A DNA stretch of 64,000 nucleotides from an uncultured Spirochaetota bacterium (lineage in GTDB: Bacteria > Spirochaetota > Spirochaetia > SZUA-6 > Fen-1364), in the NCBI GenBank assembly GCA_963734545.1, contig CAVTHO010000003.1, positions 192,001 through 256,000 on the forward strand, read 5' to 3'. This document shows positions 57,605 to 64,000 of the stretch, piece after piece (positions within the stretch are counted from its first letter, which is position 1; every line of letters starts with the position of its first letter). The translations under genes and the position numbers were made by a program. Below the pieces are notes generated by a model. It made no database searches, was not told where the DNA came from, and was given only the letters and a program-made list of their open reading frames with translations.

Positions 57605-58606
57605 CTAGAGGTCGGTCACGCCCTTCACGGCAGCCTCGATCTTTTCGATCACCGGGGGCGTCAGCCGGGGCAGCAGATCCATGGCTTTCATGTTCTCTTT
57701 CACCTGCTCGGGCCTGCTCGCGCCGGTGATGACGGTGCTCACATTCGGGTTGTGCGCGCACCAGGCGAGGGCGAGCTGCGCCGTTGTGGCCTTCAGCTCG
57801 TCCGCGATGGGCTGCAGCTTCTTGACGGCCTCGACCAGCGACGGGAGGTAGTCTTTGGCGCCCCCGCCCTTCTGGAGAGGGTCGGCGCGTAGTCCTTCGT
57901 ACCCGGGGAGGGCCAGGCGCGAGTCCTTCGGGACACCGGCGTTGTATTTGCCCGTCAACACGCCGGCGGCCAGCGGGCTCCAGATCGTGAGCCCCAGCCC
58001 GATGCCGGAGTAAAGCCGGGAGTACTGTCGTTCCACTTTGCGCCGCACGAACAGGTTGTACTGGGGCTGTTCCATCTGGGGCTTGTGCAGGTGGTGCTTT
58101 TCCGCGATGCCCCACGCCTCCATGATCTGATCCGCGTTCCACTCCGAGGTGCCCCAGTACAGCGCCTTTCCGGACTCCACCATCATGTGCATGGACCAGA
58201 CCGTCTCTTCGATGGGTGTCTCCGGGTCCGGCCGGTGGCAGAACACCAGGTCGATGTAATCGAGGCCGAACCTCTTGAGTGCGCCGTCGATTCCCTCGCG
58301 CAGCTTCTTGCGGTTGAGCGTGAAACGCTCATTCACCCCGTCGAACATCCCGAAGAAGATCTTGGTGGACACCACGTAGCTTGCGCGCCGCCATCCCAGC
58401 TTGCGCAGGGCGCCGCCCATGACCTCTTCCGACTTGCCCGCCTCGTACGCCTCCGCATTATCGAAAAAGTTCACCCCGGCGTCCCATGCCGCCTTCATGC
58501 AGGCGGCGGCCGCGTCCACGTCGATCTGCTTCCCGTAGGTGACCCACGAGCCGTAGGAAAGGACACTCACCTTGAGACCCGCGCTCCCCAGTCGGCGATA
58601 CTCCAT
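57605..58606 (-). CDS. Aldo/keto reductase (Kv-beta-like)
   Basis: [39 protein letters not shown] and WSPLAAG motifs. Confidence 0.95.
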   Translation of the reverse strand: MEYRRLGSAGLKVSVLSYGSWVTYGKQIDVDAAAACMKAAWDAGVNFFDNAEAYEAGKSEEVMGGALRKLGWRRASYVVSTKIFFGMFDGVNERFTLNRKKLREGIDGALKRFGLDYIDLVFCHRPDPETPIEETVWSMHMMVESGKALYWGTSEWNADQIMEAWGIAEKHHLHKPQMEQPQYNLFVRRKVERQYSRLYSGIGLGLTIWSPLAAGVLTGKYNAGVPKDSRLALPGYEGLRADPLQKGGGAKDYLPSLVEAVKKLQPIADELKATTAQLALAWCAHNPNVSTVITGASRPEQVKENMKAMDLLPRLTPPVIEKIEAAVKGVTDL

Positions 58607-58712
58607 CTTATTTCCTCCTCACCTTCTCACCAGAATGTATTTCTCCCGTTCGGCATTGAAAAGGGAAAAATGGATGGGATGGACGATCACGCGCCGCGGC
58701 CCCTGCGGCCGG

Positions 58713-59705
58713 TCAGGCGCGGCCCACCGCCCTTTTGCGCTTCTGATAGCCGATTTCGAGGAGAACGCCCATGCCGCCGGGGATGAGCGTGAGCAGGATG
58801 CCTCCGAGGATCCCTTCGCCCGCGCCCTCTGGCGAGTCCGGAAATGCAAGACCGATGACAAGGAGGATCCAGAAACAGGCACACGCGGCAAGGAGAAGCC
58901 GGGAGACAACGGCCATCCATACGGGTGCCTTGCCTCGGACCGGGGCACCAGTATGAGGCGCCAGCCCGGAGGGCGGAGCAACGCGCGCTGCAGGGCCGGT
59001 CGTGTCCGCTCCGGTCCTGCCCGTCCAGCGCAGGAGCGAAGCTGCCCGGCCCTTCCTCAGCTCGACGATTCCGAAGCCGGAAACACCGACGATGAGGGGA
59101 AGCAGCAGGAGCGCGAGGGCATTGCCTGACTGCGCGAACGTGTCATAGAGGCCATGGAAGAACCAGACAAGGGCGAATCCCTTCAGGATGAGGAGCGCCC
59201 GTGTCCTGTCGTCAGCCGCGAATTTCGCCCGGCCGACATACATGCCGAGTATGATTCCCGCGAAGACGTGCAGCGGAATGGAGGTGAAAGCCCTGAGCAC
59301 ACCGGTGCCGATCCCGTTCTGCGCGACATACAGGATGTTCTCGAGCAATGCAAAGCCGATGGCGCTCGATCCGACGTAGACGATCCCGTCGTTCTCCTCG
59401 TTGAACTGGGCATTCTGCCAGACGAACAGAAGAACGACGCCGAGCTTGCAGAGCTCTTCCACCGGCGCGATCTGGATGAAAGACGACGCAGCGGCGCCGA
59501 GCAGCCCCGGGGCATGGAACAGGAATACGCCGTCCAGGGCCTTTTCGACGAGGGCAGCGACGATGCTGCCTGCCGCTCCGAGCGCGATGACGCGCAGCAC
59601 GAGCCCGAGTGGTTCAGGCTCCTGCCGGTCCATGCGCAGAATCACGAGCAGGAAGACGAGCGCGGGGGCTGCAGACACGGCGAAGACCGCGATCGGGTAT
59701 ATCAC
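58713..59705 (-). CDS. prsW: PrsW family glutamic-type intramembrane protease with C-terminal extension
   Basis: EPEP, APVEELCK, GFALLEN, PLH and HGLYD motifs; start is GTG 59705 or ATG 59714. Confidence 0.88.
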   Translation of the reverse strand: MIYPIAVFAVSAAPALVFLLVILRMDRQEPEPLGLVLRVIALGAAGSIVAALVEKALDGVFLFHAPGLLGAAASSFIQIAPVEELCKLGVVLLFVWQNAQFNEENDGIVYVGSSAIGFALLENILYVAQNGIGTGVLRAFTSIPLHVFAGIILGMYVGRAKFAADDRTRALLILKGFALVWFFHGLYDTFAQSGNALALLLLPLIVGVSGFGIVELRKGRAASLLRWTGRTGADTTGPAARVAPPSGLAPHTGAPVRGKAPVWMAVVSRLLLAACACFWILLVIGLAFPDSPEGAGEGILGGILLTLIPGGMGVLLEIGYQKRKRAVGRA

Positions 59706-59790
59706 GGCGAGCATTATAGCCGAGGCGATTCCCGGTGCAAGGCGTGTCGGAGGAGATTTCCGCCTGAGATGCGCGTTCCCGCCGCACGGC

Positions 59791-60102
59791 TCAGTCAGGC
59801 AGGGTCGGCGGCGGGGATGACTGACCGCGCGCGCCGGAGGTGAATCTCCGGATTGCTCTCTCACGGGCGCGGGCTGCTTCGATTTCGCGATTGTGAGGCA
59901 CGGCGCTGGTGGCGAGCGACATCAACAATATCCGGACGGCCGAGGCAACCGCGTCAACGGCGCGGTCAAAGGCTGGTTCATTGACTTTCGAAGGCGTGGT
60001 GAATCCCGAGATCTTTCTCACGAATTGCAGAGCGGCGCCCTGGATCTCCGGTTCCGTGGCGGGTGGATCGAAATTGTACAGGGTCTTGATGTTTCGGCAC
60101 AC
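59791..60102 (-). CDS. DUF2277 family protein
   Basis: (M)CRNIKTLYNFDPPAT..EI..AALQFVRKISG; GAGGAGG RBS. Confidence 0.88.
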   Translation of the reverse strand: MCRNIKTLYNFDPPATEPEIQGAALQFVRKISGFTTPSKVNEPAFDRAVDAVASAVRILLMSLATSAVPHNREIEAARARERAIRRFTSGARGQSSPPPTLPD

Positions 60103-60229
60103 GTGCAAAGCCCTCCTCGCATTCTGATATACCGCTCACGCGCGCAGTCGGCAATCGATGAATCCGGGAGGACCGGGCCTGGCAATTCCGCGCTTGATAG
60201 AAACGTCGAATAGTTATTCAAATAAAGCC

Positions 60230-61666
60230 ATGAAGACTCTTGGAATCGGACCCACCATCAGGAAACGTTCGACGCATCCCTACATCGGTCATGAGCCGGT
60301 TTCCACGCCTGAGCAGTCGCGCGAGGCGGTTGCGCTTCTGAACAAGGGGCGGGAGAACGGCCGGGCGGAGGCGGTGGAGGTCACGTACTGGTTCGAGGTG
60401 GTGCACGACGGAAAGCCGATGGCGGGCCTGGTGAACGCGGCCAGGATGGTGCTCGAGCACGGAACGCTCAAGCCGTGGCACCAGGAGGGGGATTCCGCCG
60501 TCCGCAAGCCGGATGGCTACGACGACTACATGAGCTGGGCCACCGACGTGCGCCTGCTGGGCTGGAACGGGACGGAGGGCATGGAGAGCGGGCTGGTGTC
60601 GATTGCCTATCCGTTGAGGTTTTTCGATACAAGGGACGACGGCGGGGTTCCCCTTGCGCCGCTGTTCATGGCCATGGCGAGCGAGCCGTTCTCGGCGTTC
60701 TCCTTCACGCAAGGGGCGCGCATCGTGGACGTCGCATTTCCGCCTGCCCTGCTCGCGCGCTTCCCCCGGCGGCCCTGGCCCCATTCACGAGTCCGCGAGT
60801 ACCTGGGGCTGCAGGCCGATGAGCCTGTCATCGGGACCATCGTGAAGCCCAAGACAGGGCTTACCCCCGAGCTGTTCTCCCGTTCGGTCGTGGAGGCCGC
60901 GCGCGCGGGTGCCCGTTTCACAAAGGCGGACGAGAACATGCATCTCACCCTCGCCGATGTTCCCCGGTTCGTCGGGCGCGTGGTGAAGGACCTCGAAGCG
61001 GCTGGATTCGACCTGGGAAAGTCCGCGTCCCACGGACGGCGGAGGTTCCTCTTCGCGCCTCACATCACGGCGGATGCCGACCGGATGCGCGACTATGCGC
61101 GGGCCGCGGTGGAAGCAGGGGCGAACGCGCTCATGTTCTCCCCCTACTACGGAGGCGGTTTCCCTCTCATGGCCGAAATCGTCGCGACGCACGACGTTCC
61201 CGTCTACGCGCACACGGCGGGCATGAACGTCGCCACGGGCTGCGCGACGTGGGGGCTGGACCCGCGCGTCACCTACTCCCTGGCCGCCCTGTACGGCGCC
61301 GCCTTCATGCAGCTCACCACAATGGGCGGCTACCTCAAGCCGGATGACACGGAGAAAGGGGTTGTTCTGGCCAAGCTGAAGGCTTTGGGGCTGGAGGGCG
61401 ATGCCGGAATGACGCTGGCCATTGCCGGAGGCCTGGGGCCGTCGAATATCGGGCGGAGCATGGAGCTCCTCGGCAGGGAGGGCCGGATGTTCCTGGCAGG
61501 CACGTCGGTCTACAGCCACCCGGACGGTCCTGCCGCAGGCGTGCGGGCGATCATCGCTGCCTATGCGGCATACACGAAAGAAGGGATCACCGACCCCGCG
61601 CAGCTCAGGCAATACGCGGCCGGGCGCGGGGCCGAGGGCAGGGATCTGATGCGGGCGCTGGGATGA
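60230..61666 (+). CDS. RuBisCO-like protein (form IV), divergent
   Basis: GTIVKPKTGL, RFTKADEN, YAHTAG, IAGGL and YSHPDGPAAG motifs; several carboxylase residues substituted; no small subunit or PRK nearby. Confidence 0.88.
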   Translation: MKTLGIGPTIRKRSTHPYIGHEPVSTPEQSREAVALLNKGRENGRAEAVEVTYWFEVVHDGKPMAGLVNAARMVLEHGTLKPWHQEGDSAVRKPDGYDDYMSWATDVRLLGWNGTEGMESGLVSIAYPLRFFDTRDDGGVPLAPLFMAMASEPFSAFSFTQGARIVDVAFPPALLARFPRRPWPHSRVREYLGLQADEPVIGTIVKPKTGLTPELFSRSVVEAARAGARFTKADENMHLTLADVPRFVGRVVKDLEAAGFDLGKSASHGRRRFLFAPHITADADRMRDYARAAVEAGANALMFSPYYGGGFPLMAEIVATHDVPVYAHTAGMNVATGCATWGLDPRVTYSLAALYGAAFMQLTTMGGYLKPDDTEKGVVLAKLKALGLEGDAGMTLAIAGGLGPSNIGRSMELLGREGRMFLAGTSVYSHPDGPAAGVRAIIAAYAAYTKEGITDPAQLRQYAAGRGAEGRDLMRALG

Positions 61667-62655
61667 GCGGACGCCCGGGAACGCCTGAAAAGAGAGAAAG
61701 GCGCATGCCGGACCCCATCGATATCCTGGGGCTCGGCGCCGTCGCGGTCGACGATATTCTCTTCCTGGAGGAGTTCCCGAAGCCTGACGGCAAGTATCGG
61801 GTGATCAGCCGGGAACGACATCCAGGCGGGCTCACGGGTACCGCGCTGGTGGCCGGTTCCCGGCTGGGCAGCCGCTGCGCGTACGCGGGCACGCTGGGCT
61901 CTGACGAGCTCTCGAATTTCGTCAGGGAGAGCCTGTCCGCGGAGGGAGTGTCCGTGGAGCACGTGGTCAGGCAGGAGGGGGCGCTGCCTTTCCGATCGAC
62001 GATAGTGGAAGACAGGGGAGGGAAGACGCGCACCATCCTCTGGGACGCATCCGATGCCATCGGCGCGCACGACTCGCTCCCTGATGAGCGGCTCATCCGA
62101 AGGGCCCGCGTGCTGTTCGTCGACCACGTGGGCGTTGCCGGAATGCTCCGCGCGGCCCGAATCGCCCGGGAGGCCGGAATCCCCGTCGTGGGAGACTTCG
62201 AAGTGCGGCATCCCGCGCCTTTCGACGAGCTCGTCGCCCTGGCAGACCATCTCATTCTTTCGCGGGAATTCGCGGCCGAGCTGACTGGTTCCGTGGACGC
62301 GCGGGCCGCGGCCGAGGCGCTCTGGGATGGCGCTTCTCGCGCGGCAGTGGTCGTGACCATGGGAGCCGAGGGCGCATGGTTCGTGTCGAAGGACCAGCCG
62401 GGAAAGACGCGCTTTCAGCCCGCTTTTGTCGTGGAAGTCGTCGACACGAACGGATGCGGCGACGTGTTTCATGGCGCCTACGCTTCGTGTCTTGTCCGGG
62501 GAATGCCCATGGCCGAGAGGGTGCGGTTTGCCGCGGCAACGGCGGCAATCAAGGCGACCTGCGTGGGCGGCCAGAAGGGCATCCCCACGAGGGGGGAGGT
62601 GGAGCGGTTCCTGCGGGCGCGCAGCAGCGAGGCCCGGAGCTCGGAGGAACCATAG
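61663..62655 (+). CDS. PfkB/ribokinase family carbohydrate kinase
   Basis: HPGG..G, VVVTMGAEG and VVDTNGCGDVFHGAY motifs; ATGA overlap with the RLP stop. Confidence 0.93.
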   Translation: MSGRPGTPEKRERRMPDPIDILGLGAVAVDDILFLEEFPKPDGKYRVISRERHPGGLTGTALVAGSRLGSRCAYAGTLGSDELSNFVRESLSAEGVSVEHVVRQEGALPFRSTIVEDRGGKTRTILWDASDAIGAHDSLPDERLIRRARVLFVDHVGVAGMLRAARIAREAGIPVVGDFEVRHPAPFDELVALADHLILSREFAAELTGSVDARAAAEALWDGASRAAVVVTMGAEGAWFVSKDQPGKTRFQPAFVVEVVDTNGCGDVFHGAYASCLVRGMPMAERVRFAAATAAIKATCVGGQKGIPTRGEVERFLRARSSEARSSEEP

Positions 62656-62746
62656 TCGAGGATCCTCCGCCCGGTTCAGCAGGGCAGCGCGGATCGTTCC
62701 GGCCCGCTGCTTGTTGCGCATTGAGAGTGCCGCTATAATTCGGCGC

Positions 62747-64000
62747 ATGCCGCCCATCATCCGGATGTCTCGCGCCGTGACTGCCCTTATCGTGCTCATG
62801 ACAGCGGCCGCGGGACACGCTGCCGGAGACGCACCCTCGCTTCAGGCCGGCACGATCCAGGTGAGCGACGCGGATCTGAGGAAGACAATCGATCTGGCGG
62901 GCGAATGGGAGCTGTACTGGGGAAGGCTCCTCGACCCGGGGGACTTCAGCGACGGGCTCCCGGCAGGCGGCGGCGCGCCCTGGATCATTCGCGTTCCGAC
63001 ATCCTGGAACGACGTGAGCAACGGCTTCCCGGGAACCGGCTCCGCTACCTATCGCCTTCTCGTGAAGCTGCCGGAGACGACCACGGAGCCCCTGGGACTC
63101 TATCTGAAGAACATCGCCACCGCCTATCGCCTCTTCTGCAACGGCATGCTGATCGCGGAAAACGGCACGGTGTCTTCCCGCATCGACCAGATCCGCGGCA
63201 CGTATGCCGCGCGGACGGTTTTTTTCACGGCACAGGGAAGGCTCGAGATCGTTCTGCAGGTCAGCAACGCGGAGGAAGTCAAGGCAGGCGTGAACACCCC
63301 GCCCCGTCTCGGCTACCAGTCGGCAATCGCGCCCGTGGGAGCATGGGAGATGATTCTCGACGCCATCATCTACGCATTCGTTCTCGCCATGGGCCTCTAC
63401 CACATCCTTCTCTCCATCATCCACCCCGAGGAGAAAGCGTCTCTCTACTTCGGCCTGCTCGCCGTGGACCTCGCGCTGCGCGGCGCGCTGACCGGCTCGC
63501 GGCTCCTCCACCAGTTCGCGGGAAGCTTTGGCTTCCACACCCTCATTGCCCGCGGAGTTCATCACCGTCTACGTGGCAGGGGCCCTCATCTTCCTCTGCT
63601 TCCACCACCTGTTTCCCCGGGAGAGCCCCCATGCGGCACGGATCCCCGTTCTCGCCGTCAGCGGCGCCTACAGCCTTTTCGCCATTCTCGCGCCCATCCG
63701 TGCCATCGTGGCGGTGCACCTCTACTACGAGCTGTTCCTGCTCGCCGAGGGCGTGCTTCTCCTGGTGTGGCTCATCCGGTCCCTCGTTGCGCACCGCGAG
63801 GGCTCGGTTCTCATGCTGGCGGGACTTGTCATCATGCTCGGCGGCGCAACCTACGACATCATCATCGACCAGCTCCACACCTTCGGCATTTTCGTTACCT
63901 CCTATGCCGTGGTGGTATTCATCTTCCTCCAGTCAGCCCTGATCGCGCGGCGGTACGCGCGGGCTTTCACCTCTGCCCGGGACAATCTGAAGATCTCCGA
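62747..64000 (+). CDS. 7TM-DISM sensor protein (extracellular jelly-roll + 7TM), 3'-truncated; +1 frameshift at ~63550
   Basis: MPPIIRM...DLAGEWELYWG..VPTSWND...ATYRL...TAYRLFCNG, then TM helices (GLYH, SLYFGL). Deleting one C at 63549-63551 restores AEFITVYV and further TMs; no stop before the window end. Confidence 0.82.
   Translation, partial: MPPIIRMSRAVTALIVLMTAAAGHAAGDAPSLQAGTIQVSDADLRKTIDLAGEWELYWGRLLDPGDFSDGLPAGGGAPWIIRVPTSWNDVSNGFPGTGSATYRLLVKLPETTTEPLGLYLKNIATAYRLFCNGMLIAENGTVSSRIDQIRGTYAARTVFFTAQGRLEIVLQVSNAEEVKAGVNTPPRLGYQSAIAPVGAWEMILDAIIYAFVLAMGLYHILLSIIHPEEKASLYFGLLAVDLALRGALTGSRLLHQFAGSFGFHTLIARGVHHRLRGRGPHLPLLPPPVSPGEPPCGTDPRSRRQRRLQPFRHSRAHPCHRGGAPLLRAVPARRGRASPGVAHPVPRCAPRGLGSHAGGTCHHARRRNLRHHHRPAPHLRHFRYLLCRGGIHLPPVSPDRAAVRAGFHLCPGQSEDLR

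Noticed and set aside
60230-61666. Bona fide CO2-fixing RuBisCO (cbbL/cbbM)
   Set aside because: It lacks N123, R295, H327, K334 and S379 equivalents, and there is no cbbS or phosphoribulokinase nearby.
1-64000. tRNA, rRNA, riboswitch, IS element or prophage
   Set aside because: No recognisable cloverleaf, rRNA, transposase, integrase or phage gene was seen by eye; an Infernal/tRNAscan run would be needed to exclude small RNAs.

Overview
A 64-kb, GC-rich bacterial chromosomal segment with about 47 protein-coding genes. Gene style (HAMP class III cyclase, MCP, many lipoproteins, secreted caspase/PEGA protein) suggests a free-living Spirochaetia-like organism; this is inference. I found no rRNA, tRNA, CRISPR array, transposase or prophage. 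Contents include leuCD with a divergent LysR, asd, GH53, GH13, a LacI/GH99-like/sugar-ABC/double-GH65 locus, two tandem predicted outer-membrane-protein + lipoprotein cassettes, a MocR/EamA/stand-alone B3-4 module, a secreted caspase with a C-type lectin domain, and a divergent RuBisCO-like protein (form IV) translationally coupled to a PfkB kinase. Two window-wide patterns stand out. First, seven genes carry eight single-base (+1) frameshifts, mostly in short homopolymers and probably long-read errors. Second, seven genes have a -10 hexamer 6-7 nt before the start codon and no Shine-Dalgarno, i.e. leaderless architecture. The best candidates for undescribed systems are the RLP-PfkB pair, the MocR-EamA-B3/4 module and the duplicated OMP-lipoprotein cassette. 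All calls come from motif reading only; no database searches were run.
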